Source: Clostridia bacterium
GTDB lineage: Bacteria; Bacillota; Clostridia; Christensenellales; Aristaeellaceae
NCBI GenBank assembly: GCA_024404275.1
Contig: JAKSQG010000029.1
Location: 1-14,227 of the forward strand
Direction: 5' to 3'
DNA: 14,227 bases
The translations under genes were made by a program, and so were the position numbers. The stretch's first letter is position 1. Every line of letters starts with the position of its first letter. The notes under the pieces were generated by a model. It made no database searches. It saw only the letters and a list, made by a program, of their open reading frames with translations, and was not told the origin of the DNA. Shown here in pieces: positions 5,870 to 13,497 of this stretch.

Positions 5870-5944
5870 GATTTTGAATCCTCCGTTCAGCTGGCGGAAG
5901 CCGTCATCCGTTCCATGACCCCCGATATCATTGCATCTTTCTGA
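5867..5944 (+). other. In-frame TAG plus a 24-codon in-frame continuation that looks like the normal C-terminus of the M42 family
   Basis: After TAG the same frame reads DFESSVQLAEAVIRSMTPDIIASF, then TGA (5942-5944). The strong terminator follows only after this point, at 5998-6042. Confidence 0.6.
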
Positions 5945-5997
5945 CTTTTTTCTGTCTTCGTTTCGCATTCTGAAACCTATTGAGTTTTTTCTTTATC

Positions 5998-6042
5998 ACA
6001 CAAGCCGCTTGCCTTCACAGGCGGCTTGTGTTTTCTTTTTTT
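5998..6042 (+). terminator. Rho-independent terminator of the M42 peptidase gene
   Basis: ACACAAGCCGC (5998-6008), a 12-nt loop, then GCGGCTTGTGT (6021-6031). The stem runs into TTTTCTTTTTTT. Confidence 0.75.
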
Positions 6043-6098
6043 CACAGTTATAATTATTGTAGGAGTATTATCCGCAAAAAACACAAGGAGATTTCCAC

Positions 6099-7328
6099 AT
6101 GGCCATTCATGTTCTGGAGGAAGCCCAGCGCTGTCTGAACTGCAAAGTGCCGCAGTGTCAAAAGGGTTGTCCCATCCACACCAATATTCCTACCGTGATC
6201 CGCATGCTGCTGGACGGCAAGATCGACGATGCCGGCCGCATGCTGTTTGAAAACAATCCGCTCAGCGTCATCTGCTCCGTGGTCTGCAACCACGAGAATC
6301 AGTGCGAGGGGCACTGCGTGCTGGGCCGCAAGGGTCAGCCGGTGCACTTCTCCATGATCGAGAACTATATCTCCACCACCTACACCACCAAGAATACCGA
6401 GGGTCCCGCCCCCTCCAACGGCATGCGCGTGGCCATCATCGGCAGCGGTCCCGCGGGTCTGACCATCGCCGTCGAGCTCGCCCGCAAGGGATATCAGGTC
6501 ACCATCTTCGAAGGCAAGGACAAGATCGGCGGCGTGCTGCGCTACGGCATTCCCGAGTTCCGTCTGCCCAAATCCGTTATCGATGAATTTGAATATCATC
6601 ATCTGGTGCTCAAGGGCATCCGCGTTCGTCCCAACACCAGCATCGGTCTGTCCATCAGCATCGAGGATATGTTCCGTGATGGCTACAAAGCCGTGTTCAT
6701 CGGCTCCGGCGTATGGCAGCCCAATGCCCTGCACATTCCCGGTGAAACGCTGGGCAACGTACACTTCGGCATCAACTATCTCAACAACCCCGACAGCTAC
6801 AACCTGGGCAAAACGCTCAACATCATCGGTGCCGGCAACGCCGCCATGGACGTAGCGCGTACCGCCATCCGCAAGGGCGTACAGCATGTGCGCGTCTTCT
6901 CCCGCTCCAAGCACATCACTGCCAGCCAGAGCGAAGTCGATTATGCCAAGCTGGAGGGTGTGGAGTTCGTATTCAACCGCATGCCCGTCCGCATCGTGGA
7001 TGAAGGCGTCATCTTCCAGCCCACTATGGAAGACGAAAACGGCAAGACCGTTTCCGACGGCACCGAGCCCATCCTGTACGCTGCCGACAGCACCATCATT
7101 TCCATTTCCCAGGGACCGAGAAGCCGTCTGGTCAACACTACTAACGGTCTGCAGGCCAATGCCCGCGGTCTGCTGGTCGCCGATGAAAATGGTGCCACCA
7201 CCCGTGAAGGCGTATTTGCCAGCGGCGACGTCGTCAGCGGCGCCCGCACCGTTGTGGAAGCAGTCGAACGCTCCAAGGTGGTCGCGGCTTCCATGGACGC
7301 CTACATGCAAAGCCTTCCCAAGGATTAA
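6099..7328 (+). CDS. GltD/NfnB/SudA-like NAD(P)H-dependent Fe-S flavoprotein oxidoreductase (glutamate synthase small-subunit family)
   Basis: The N-terminus carries Cys motifs (C-LN-C-KVPQ-C-QKG-CP, then C-SVV-C-NHENQ-C-EGH-C) typical of the two [4Fe-4S] sites. Two Rossmann folds are present (VAIIGSGPAGL and NIIGAGNAAMD), as is the GVFASGD FAD motif. AAGGAG lies 8 nt upstream of the ATG at 6099. Confidence 0.9.
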   Translation: MAIHVLEEAQRCLNCKVPQCQKGCPIHTNIPTVIRMLLDGKIDDAGRMLFENNPLSVICSVVCNHENQCEGHCVLGRKGQPVHFSMIENYISTTYTTKNTEGPAPSNGMRVAIIGSGPAGLTIAVELARKGYQVTIFEGKDKIGGVLRYGIPEFRLPKSVIDEFEYHHLVLKGIRVRPNTSIGLSISIEDMFRDGYKAVFIGSGVWQPNALHIPGETLGNVHFGINYLNNPDSYNLGKTLNIIGAGNAAMDVARTAIRKGVQHVRVFSRSKHITASQSEVDYAKLEGVEFVFNRMPVRIVDEGVIFQPTMEDENGKTVSDGTEPILYAADSTIISISQGPRSRLVNTTNGLQANARGLLVADENGATTREGVFASGDVVSGARTVVEAVERSKVVAASMDAYMQSLPKD

Positions 7329-7331
7329 CAC

Positions 7332-7368
7332 AAAAAATACCGCCGGAGAATTTACTCCGGCGGTTTTG
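7332..7368. terminator. Bidirectional rho-independent terminator between convergent genes
   Basis: CCGCCGGAG (7340-7348), loop aattta, CTCCGGCGG (7355-7363). It is flanked by AAAAAA upstream and TTTTG downstream, so each strand reads a hairpin followed by a U-tract. Confidence 0.75.
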
Positions 7369-7390
7369 TTATGTTACAATGTCAAAAGGG

Positions 7391-8011
7391 TCATTTCTTT
7401 TTTATTCCGCACAGCTGCTGTGACGCATGCGTGTTGAAAAATGCCACAAACGGTCCCAGGCACAAAGAACAGATGACTGTGCCCACACCCACCGTACCAT
7501 GAAATACCAGTGTCAGCACCACACAGGTGCAGTCCACCATCATACGGCACCAGAAATACGGAATAGGCAGCTTTCTGCTGAGCAAAATGGCCAGCGTGTC
7601 ATAAGGCGCAATGCCCGTATCAGCGGTCTGATACAATGAGACCGCAAATGACAGCACAATAACGCCCGACAGCAAAAAGACGATGCGCTCCGGCATGGTC
7701 GACGGCACAAAGCCGATCGCCTGTAAGATACCCTCCCACACGGTGGTACTGATGCCGACAAAGCACCAGTTGACAAAAGTACCCGGGCCAATCATATCCC
7801 GTCCGAAAAGGATCTCCGCCACAAAATAAACACAGTTCAGCACGATCATATTGATCGAAAAGGGAATGCCGAAGGTATTCCCCGATGCCCGAGCGAATGA
7901 AGAGCTGGCTTCACTGCCCATGGCGGACAGGATAAACAATTCCAACCCCAACCCGATTACAAAGATGGCCAGTACCATCATTACAAGACGCCTCAGCGTG
8001 TACTTTTTCAT
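7391..8011 (-). CDS. Polytopic membrane protein, YczE/YitT-N-terminal-like (function unknown)
   Basis: The 206-aa protein is very hydrophobic, with about 6 predicted transmembrane segments. It has a two-fold internal pattern of the type A-x-x-G-x-x-P-x-D (second copy ADTGIAPYDTLAILLS), as in YczE-type proteins. I place the start at the ATG at 8011 (MKKYTLRRL), which has GGGAGG 5 nt upstream, rather than at 8050. Confidence 0.65.
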   Translation of the reverse strand: MKKYTLRRLVMMVLAIFVIGLGLELFILSAMGSEASSSFARASGNTFGIPFSINMIVLNCVYFVAEILFGRDMIGPGTFVNWCFVGISTTVWEGILQAIGFVPSTMPERIVFLLSGVIVLSFAVSLYQTADTGIAPYDTLAILLSRKLPIPYFWCRMMVDCTCVVLTLVFHGTVGVGTVICSLCLGPFVAFFNTHASQQLCGIKKK

Positions 8012-8041
8012 GCCTGCCTCCCGATTCTTGTACCGCGTGAC

Positions 8042-8070
8042 AGTATACAACCGTTTTCATTGCCTTGCAA
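8042..8070 (-). promoter_or_regulatory. Sigma-A-type promoter candidate for the YczE-like gene
   Basis: On the minus strand: TTGCAA (8065-8070), a 17-nt spacer, then TATACT (reverse complement of 8042-8047). Confidence 0.5.
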
Positions 8071-8109
8071 GCTAAAAAAACGCAGCACCGCTGCGAAAAA
8101 GAGGTTATT

Positions 8110-9003
8110 ATGTCTGATTCTCCGCTTTACGGCGCCCTGGAAGCCGGCGGCACCAAAATGGCGCTGAGTGTCCTTAACGATGCCGGCGAACTGCTTGAAA
8201 GAACAATGCTGCCCACCCGCACTCCCGGGGAGACCATACCGGAAATGATCGATTGGTTCCGCGGAAAGCACATTGCCGCCCTTGGCATCGGCTGTTTCGG
8301 ACCGCTCGACCTGCTTCCCGCTTCGCCCACCTTTGGCAGCATCACCGCCACCCCCAAGCCCGGCTGGCAGAATGTGCCGGTGCTCGATATGTTCAAAAAA
8401 GCATTGGGTGTTCCCGCCGCCATTGATACCGATGTCAACGCCGCGGCGCTGGCGGAGGCCCGACTCGGTGCTGCCAAAGGTCTTTCCTCCTGCCTGTATG
8501 TCACCGTGGGCACCGGCATCGGCGGCGGGCTCATCATCCACGGTCAGCCCGTACATGGTCTGGTGCATCCCGAACTGGGTCACATGCTGCTGCAGCCCGA
8601 CCCCCGTGACCCTGCCCCGAAGGGCTTTTGCCCCTACCACACAAGCTGTCTGGAAGGTCTGGCTTCCGGTCCCGCGCTGCAAAAACGCTGGGGCGTATCA
8701 GCCAGGGAGCTTTCGCAGGATCACATCGCCTGGGAAATTGAAAGCACCTACCTTGCGCAGATGTGTGTCAACGCCATCTGCTGCTTCTCCCCCGAAAAAA
8801 TCATTCTCGGCGGCGGCGTCATGCAGCAAAGCTTCCTGCTGCCCAAGATCCGCAGCAAAGCCAAAGCCCTTCTCAACAACTACATCGTCTCCCCCGCGCT
8901 GAACGAAGAGCTTGACGACTACATCACCGCCCCCGGGCTCGACATCCACAGCGGCGTCACGGGCGCCTTTCTGTTGGCAAAGCAGGCTTTGGCCGCTGAA
9001 TAA
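8110..9003 (+). CDS. ROK-family sugar kinase, fructokinase (ScrK/Mak/GmuE)-like
   Basis: The N-terminus LYGALEAGGTKM is an ATP-binding motif of the ScrK type. The DTDVNAAALAE and VTVGTGIGGG motifs are present. The zinc site is H-PELG-H...C-PY-H-TS-C-LEG. I place the start at the ATG at 8110, with AGAGG 5 nt upstream. The track start at 8065 lies inside the divergent promoter. Confidence 0.85.
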   Translation: MSDSPLYGALEAGGTKMALSVLNDAGELLERTMLPTRTPGETIPEMIDWFRGKHIAALGIGCFGPLDLLPASPTFGSITATPKPGWQNVPVLDMFKKALGVPAAIDTDVNAAALAEARLGAAKGLSSCLYVTVGTGIGGGLIIHGQPVHGLVHPELGHMLLQPDPRDPAPKGFCPYHTSCLEGLASGPALQKRWGVSARELSQDHIAWEIESTYLAQMCVNAICCFSPEKIILGGGVMQQSFLLPKIRSKAKALLNNYIVSPALNEELDDYITAPGLDIHSGVTGAFLLAKQALAAE

Positions 9004-9015
9004 TCCATTCTCATA

Positions 9016-9056
9016 CAAAAACGGACAGCTCCTAAAGGGAGCCTGTCCGTTTTATT
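9016..9056. terminator. Bidirectional rho-independent terminator between the ROK kinase gene and the MATE-thioesterase operon
   Basis: ACGGACAGCTCC (9021-9032), loop, GGGAGCCTGTCCGT (9037-9050). The stem has one bulge and is flanked by CAAAAA and TTTATT. Confidence 0.7.
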
Positions 9057-9060
9057 CTGC

Positions 9061-9795
9061 TCACGCACGCGGTACCAACAGTCCGTCCACCGTAAAGTGC
9101 GCCGTACCCTCCACGCTGCCGCGATAGCTGAAAGCGTTTTCTGTATGGGTCATGGCGGCTTCCACCTCGTCCTGCGGACGGATCTCCCTGCTGTAATTGA
9201 TGATCAGGCGGCTGATCTGCTGCTTTTGCAGACACTCAATCCCCAGCGCATCGCAGCACCAGTCCAGATAGCGTACATTGTTGACGTGCAGATTGTCATC
9301 GATATCGCTGTAGCGCGGGTGGAAGACCTCGGTCACTTTCTCGCCCGTCACCGCGGGAAGGCGCCCCGGCATCACCAACGCGGGCTTCAGATCGCTGTTG
9401 TCGGGCAGCATGCCTTCCAACAGATTGCCGCGCTCCATGGTACGGTCGGCAAGGCGCATCAATATCCACATGCCCGAAGCGCGTCCGAATTCGACGCCGT
9501 TTTCATCCCTGAAGCTGTAGTAGCGCAGATAGAATCCATGACGCATCACGGTAGGCCAGGTCACAGCGACCACCTTATCGCCATAATGCGGATAGCTGTC
9601 CATCTGCACCTCATAGCTGCCCACCGCCCAGACAAGCCCCTTTTCGCGCATCACATGATAGCCGATGCCCAATGCCTCGCTGTGCATGCCGGACAGGTCC
9701 TGCATGGTCTGCAGCACAGCACTGAGTTTCCACGCGCTGTTCATGTCGCAATCAGAGGTCTTCAGTATTTTTTCAAGGGTGAAAGTCTTCTGCAT
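9061..9795 (-). CDS. Acyl-[acyl-carrier-protein] thioesterase (FatA/FatB-like double hot-dog fold)
   Basis: The 244-aa length and the layout are typical of bacterial acyl-ACP thioesterases. The N-terminal half reads SDCDMNSAWKLSAVLQTMQD. The C-terminal half carries the signature RYSDIDDNLHVNNVRYLDW. Confidence 0.88.
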   Translation of the reverse strand: MQKTFTLEKILKTSDCDMNSAWKLSAVLQTMQDLSGMHSEALGIGYHVMREKGLVWAVGSYEVQMDSYPHYGDKVVAVTWPTVMRHGFYLRYYSFRDENGVEFGRASGMWILMRLADRTMERGNLLEGMLPDNSDLKPALVMPGRLPAVTGEKVTEVFHPRYSDIDDNLHVNNVRYLDWCCDALGIECLQKQQISRLIINYSREIRPQDEVEAAMTHTENAFSYRGSVEGTAHFTVDGLLVPRA

Positions 9796-9811
9796 CGTAG
9801 CATTTCCTTTC

Positions 9812-11173
9812 TTACATCGCAGCAGCCTGCTGAAGCTTCAGTTTTTTCAGTACATGGAAGAAGCACGGGAACAGGAACACGTCAGCCGCTATCCACGCTG
9901 CCACATTGGCCATACACGCGCCGTCAAAGCCCAGAACGGGCACCAGCAGCATGGCAACACCCAAACGGGCAAACATTTCAAACACACCGGCGATCATGGC
10001 CGCCTGTGTAAAGCCCATGCCCTGGATCGACAAGCGAACTATGTTGACAAACAAAAGCAGTGTAAACGCCGAGGCGTTCCAGGTCAAAAACTGCTGTGCC
10101 ATGCGTACGACCTCTGCATTTTCGGCACCGTCCACAAACAATCCAATCAGGACAGGACCAAAGAACAGCACCACCAGCAGCGCCAGCAAGCAATACACAA
10201 CACCGATGACTGAAGCCGCCCACAAGCCTTTTCCAACGCGGTCCAGCTTCTTTGCACCCACATTCTGACCGGCAAAGGTGGCCATGGTGGTCGCCAGCGC
10301 ATCGAAAACGCAGGCAAAAAAGTTGGTCAGTTTGCCGGCTGCCGCCACAGCAGCCACTGCCGTGACGCCAATGCCGTTTACCGCCCACTGAATGGCAACG
10401 GAGCCAATGGCGGTAATGGAATACTGCAAGCCCATCGGAGCGCCCACCAGCAGCAGCTTCTTACCGTACTCCGCACGGAATTGACGATCCTCGGTGTTCA
10501 TACGCAAAATTGCAAACGAACGCACCATCGCCAGGACGCAGCCCGCGCCGGAGATCAGCTGACTGATAATGGTCGCGATCGCCGCACCGGCAACGCCCAT
10601 CTGAAACACAATGATAAACAGCAGGTCCAGCACAATGTTGATTAGCGAAGCCAGGATCAAAAATGCAACGGGCGTTTTGCTGTCTCCCAGCGACCGAAGC
10701 ACACCGGCAGCCATGTTATACAGCATGGTCGCGGGAATACCGGCAAAAATGATACGAATGTAGGCCGCAGAATTGTACAGTATCTCCTCCGGTGTATTCA
10801 TCATTTTGAGAATATCCGTACAGAGCAGCGCCGTGCTGACCCCCATCAGGATCGAAATAGCAGCGCATACATACACAGCGTTGGCCACATAACGGCGCAT
10901 GGAGGTATGATCCCTTGCGCCAAAGGTTTGGGCGATCGGAATGGCAAAGCCCGAACAGCAGCCCATGGTAAAACCGTTGATCAGAAAATTGACCGAGCCT
11001 GTTCCGCCCACCGCCGCCAGCATATCGGCGCCGAGATATCGTCCCACAATGGCCGTATCCACAATGGCATACAGCTGCTGAAACAAAAAACCAAAGAGCA
11101 GCGGCGCCGCGAAGCCGAGCACCAGCTTCATCGGGGAGCCGTCTGTCATTTCACGTACGTTCGTTCTGGCCAT
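9812..11173 (-). CDS. MATE-family efflux transporter (NorM/DinF-like)
   Basis: The 453-aa protein has about 12 transmembrane segments. The N-terminus (GSPMKLVLGFAAPLLFGFLFQQLYAIVDTAIVGRYLG..LAAVG) is the typical MATE opening motif. GGAGG lies 5 nt upstream of the ATG at 11173. The stop is only 16 nt from the thioesterase ATG, so the two genes form an operon. Confidence 0.93.
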   Translation of the reverse strand: MARTNVREMTDGSPMKLVLGFAAPLLFGFLFQQLYAIVDTAIVGRYLGADMLAAVGGTGSVNFLINGFTMGCCSGFAIPIAQTFGARDHTSMRRYVANAVYVCAAISILMGVSTALLCTDILKMMNTPEEILYNSAAYIRIIFAGIPATMLYNMAAGVLRSLGDSKTPVAFLILASLINIVLDLLFIIVFQMGVAGAAIATIISQLISGAGCVLAMVRSFAILRMNTEDRQFRAEYGKKLLLVGAPMGLQYSITAIGSVAIQWAVNGIGVTAVAAVAAAGKLTNFFACVFDALATTMATFAGQNVGAKKLDRVGKGLWAASVIGVVYCLLALLVVLFFGPVLIGLFVDGAENAEVVRMAQQFLTWNASAFTLLLFVNIVRLSIQGMGFTQAAMIAGVFEMFARLGVAMLLVPVLGFDGACMANVAAWIAADVFLFPCFFHVLKKLKLQQAAAM

Positions 11174-11212
11174 AAAAGCCTCCGGGAATCAGATTGAAAA
11201 AGGTACCGAATG

Positions 11213-11241
11213 TTTATAGCACAAAAATGCTTAAAGTGCAA
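11213..11241 (-). promoter_or_regulatory. Sigma-A-type promoter candidate for the MATE-thioesterase operon
   Basis: On the minus strand: TTGCAC (reverse complement of 11236-11241), a 17-nt spacer ending in TGC, then TATAAA (reverse complement of 11213-11218). Confidence 0.5.
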
Positions 11242-11310
11242 GAAAAATCAGCAGTTTTTTGCCCATAAATCATTGATTTTTTCTCCCCGTCACTCCATCC
11301 CAAACAGTAT

Positions 11311-11341
11311 CAAAAAGCCCGAAGGTGTTTCTCCTTCGGGC
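11311..11341 (-). terminator. Rho-independent terminator of the carboxypeptidase-esterase operon
   Basis: GCCCGAAGG (11317-11325), a 7-nt loop, CCTTCGGGC (11333-11341). It is followed on the minus strand by TTTTTG. It starts 7 nt after the esterase stop. Confidence 0.75.
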
Positions 11342-11347
11342 TCAATT

Positions 11348-12115
11348 TTATTTCATAAACGCCATGCCCTTGCGCAGCGAGGCATCCCAGAAATCCCAGT
11401 CATGGTTGCCGGACCATTCCTCTTCCGTGCTGTCAAAGCCGTTCTTCATTAGTGCCGCATGCAATTTGCGGGTCAGCGGCAGCAAGCCGTCTTCCGTACC
11501 GCAGGAAAGGTAGAAGCGGGGCTTTTCCACATCCGCCGGCCAGCGTTCCATCAGCATGTCCAGGTCGTTTTCCGTTCCTGCAACGGGGTAGCCTTCGCCC
11601 AGAATGGCTTCTCCCTCTCTCACGGTGAAAGCGCCGCTTTCCACTAACTTTTTCATATTGTCCAAAATGTACACACCCGAAGAGAAGCACATCACACCCG
11701 CATAGGCACCGGGATTGTTCAGCGCGCACTTTGCCGCGCCGAAACCGCCCATGGACAGACCGCCCACAAAGGTGTGCTCCCGTCCCTGCGGCAGACGGAA
11801 CATGGCATTCATCAGCTCGGGCAGTTCCTTGCTGACGTACTCAAAGTAGCGAAGGCCATACGCCATATCGGAATAGTAGGAGTGCTGTACCTCAGGCATC
11901 ACAACGGTGAAGCCGTTTTTGCGGGCATAACGTTCCACACCGCTCATGCGGGACCAGGAATCGGCATTCTGCCTTCTGCCATGCAGCAGATAGAGCACCT
12001 TGTCATTCTCCGGCGGGTTCGTATCGCGAGCCATGATGTCATAGGGTACAACCACATTGACAACCGTGTCCATGTCCAATATTTTGGAACGAACCGTTCC
12101 TCTGAACAATGCCAT
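11348..12115 (-). CDS. Esterase-D/EstA-family alpha/beta hydrolase (tributyrin esterase / S-formylglutathione-hydrolase-like)
   Basis: The blocks VLYLLHG, FTVVMPE and the nucleophile elbow GLSMGG are present, with a downstream Asp (CGTEDG) and His (GNHDWDFW). The arrangement closely parallels pneumococcal EstA as I recall it. Confidence 0.88.
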   Translation of the reverse strand: MALFRGTVRSKILDMDTVVNVVVPYDIMARDTNPPENDKVLYLLHGRRQNADSWSRMSGVERYARKNGFTVVMPEVQHSYYSDMAYGLRYFEYVSKELPELMNAMFRLPQGREHTFVGGLSMGGFGAAKCALNNPGAYAGVMCFSSGVYILDNMKKLVESGAFTVREGEAILGEGYPVAGTENDLDMLMERWPADVEKPRFYLSCGTEDGLLPLTRKLHAALMKNGFDSTEEEWSGNHDWDFWDASLRKGMAFMK

Positions 12116-12133
12116 AAAACCAACGCTCCTTTT

Positions 12134-13438
12134 TTATTGTTTGTTCAGGTAATCCACATATTCCTCGAGGCACATATTCAGCCTGCGGATATTCTCACTG
12201 TGTTCCTTGCCCACATAGCGGATGTGCCATGCCTCCGCCTCAAAGCCCGTAATATCCTTTTTCTCTTCAGTATAGCGGATAATAAAGCCGTATTCCCAGC
12301 AATGCTGATGCAGCCAGGTACACTGCTTGGTGCCAAGGAAAGTGCTGGTATTGGGAACCGTCATATCAAAAGCCAGACCGGTATGATGCTCACTGGCACC
12401 GGGCTGCGCCACGGTGCGGCTGGCAGCGCTGGCTGCCTGTGAGCGGGACATGTTGTTGTTTTCCATATAGGTACGGATCTTGGAATCCATCATGCTCTGC
12501 TGATCGGCATAGCTGCGGTACGCCGCGCTCACCTGCCAATTGGTGATACCGTCCGCCGCTGCCGCCTGCAGCATGAACACAAGGGCGTTTACCGCCTCCC
12601 GCTGACCTTTGGTACCACTGTACTTGATCTTGACCAGCGAGGACGGGCAATAGGAACTCATATCCACCAGGTCCGCCGGTACAAAATCCTTGGCGACCAT
12701 ATGCTGTTTGTTGACAAGCATCGGTACCGAGCCATTCAGCACCTGCACCAGCTCCGGCGTGGGTGTGATGGTCACCCGCTTCGCGGCATCAGAATAGAGC
12801 AGCGCCAAAGTCTTCTGTCCCGCCATGCCGTCCGCTTCCAAACCGTTTTGCTGTTGGAAAAGCTTTACCGCCGCTTTGGTACCGCTGCCAAAGGCACCGT
12901 CCACCGTGCCGGTATAATAGCCCAGCACCTTCAGCCTCTCCTGCAGTGTTTTGACTTCCTCACCATTGCTGCCGTTGGACAAAAGCGCAGGCGTAGGCGA
13001 AGGAGTAGGCGTCGGCACAAACACCTGTGCGGAAGTTGAATACAACAGCGCAATCGTCTTATCACCGGCAATACCGTCGGCTGTCAGCTTGTGCTGTTCC
13101 TGAAAAGCCTTGACGGCGGCTTTGGTGCCGTTTCCGTACTGACCGTCCACAACACCGGTATAGTACTCCAGCTCCTTGAGCCTCTCCTGCAGCTGCTTGA
13201 CCTCAATGCCGACCGAGTTCACCTGCAGCACGCAAGGCGTGGGTGTGGATGTCGGATAAGCCGGATTTTCCGTGATGCGCACCGTCCGCGGTGTGATAGA
13301 AGGCGTTGGTGTCACCGCCGCTTCCTTTTGATAACGGGCATGGTTTTCCCATGCCGCCGCGAAAAAGACAATGATCAGTACGATCAGAATAATAATGACC
13401 ATCAATCCCACCGGGGAGATGCCGCCCTTTCGTTTCAT
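12134..13438 (-). CDS. Membrane-anchored M15B (VanY-type) D-alanyl-D-alanine carboxypeptidase with two PG_binding_1 domains
   Basis: There is an N-terminal transmembrane anchor (GLMVIIILIVLIIVFFAAAW) and TPTP-rich linkers. Two peptidoglycan-binding repeats are present (V..LQERLK.L.YYTG.VDG.G.GTKAAVK.FQ....L.ADG.AG.KT...L). The C-terminal VanY core reads SAYRSY..Q, ASEHHTGLAFD and WHIRYVG. I place the start at the ATG at 13438 (MKRKGG), with AAGGAG 5 nt upstream, rather than at 13561. Confidence 0.88.
   Translation of the reverse strand: MKRKGGISPVGLMVIIILIVLIIVFFAAAWENHARYQKEAAVTPTPSITPRTVRITENPAYPTSTPTPCVLQVNSVGIEVKQLQERLKELEYYTGVVDGQYGNGTKAAVKAFQEQHKLTADGIAGDKTIALLYSTSAQVFVPTPTPSPTPALLSNGSNGEEVKTLQERLKVLGYYTGTVDGAFGSGTKAAVKLFQQQNGLEADGMAGQKTLALLYSDAAKRVTITPTPELVQVLNGSVPMLVNKQHMVAKDFVPADLVDMSSYCPSSLVKIKYSGTKGQREAVNALVFMLQAAAADGITNWQVSAAYRSYADQQSMMDSKIRTYMENNNMSRSQAASAASRTVAQPGASEHHTGLAFDMTVPNTSTFLGTKQCTWLHQHCWEYGFIIRYTEEKKDITGFEAEAWHIRYVGKEHSENIRRLNMCLEEYVDYLNKQ
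12791..13222 (-). repeat. Internal tandem duplication encoding the two PG_binding_1 domains
   Basis: The two copies span roughly 13037-13222 and 12791-12979. They are recognisably similar at the protein level and partly at the nucleotide level (for example ...ctcctgcag...ttgac.tc...). A PTPTPSPTP linker separates them. Confidence 0.75.
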
Positions 13439-13468
13439 ATACGCTCCTTCAGCCATTTTGGCACAATC

Positions 13469-13497
13469 AGTATACCCTTTTCGCAGTTCTGTGTCAA
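13469..13497 (-). promoter_or_regulatory. Sigma-A-type promoter candidate for the carboxypeptidase-esterase operon
   Basis: On the minus strand: TTGACA (reverse complement of 13492-13497), a 17-nt spacer, then TATACT (reverse complement of 13469-13474). Confidence 0.5.

Noticed and set aside
3241-7331. Very long antisense ORFs mirroring real genes: 3241-4485 (+) opposite rny, 4748-5968 (-) opposite the M42 gene, 6054-7331 (-) opposite the GltD-like gene. Similar cases occur at 8008-8682 (-), 9097-10011 (+) and 11774-12442 (+).
   Set aside because: These are typical shadow ORFs of genes with GC-rich third codon positions. Their translations are G/A/D/H/R-rich with no recognisable domains. They have no ribosome-binding site or promoter, and their boundaries simply track the sense gene. 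There is no evidence for overlapping genes.
8028-8043. The cre-like (CcpA) palindrome TTGTACCGCGTGACAG between the YczE-like gene and the ROK kinase gene
   Set aside because: It deviates from the TGWAANCGNTNWCA consensus at the critical central CG and at position 5. I cannot distinguish it from chance without a scored matrix search.
8074-8100. The 6-bp hairpin CGCAGC-acc-GCTGCG flanked by A-tracts on the plus strand, which is terminator-like on the minus strand
   Set aside because: On the minus strand it lies upstream of the -35 of the YczE-like promoter, with no upstream gene to terminate. On the plus strand it lacks a U-tract. The stem is short. It is possibly a promoter insulator or part of the ROK leader, but there is not enough support for a feature call.
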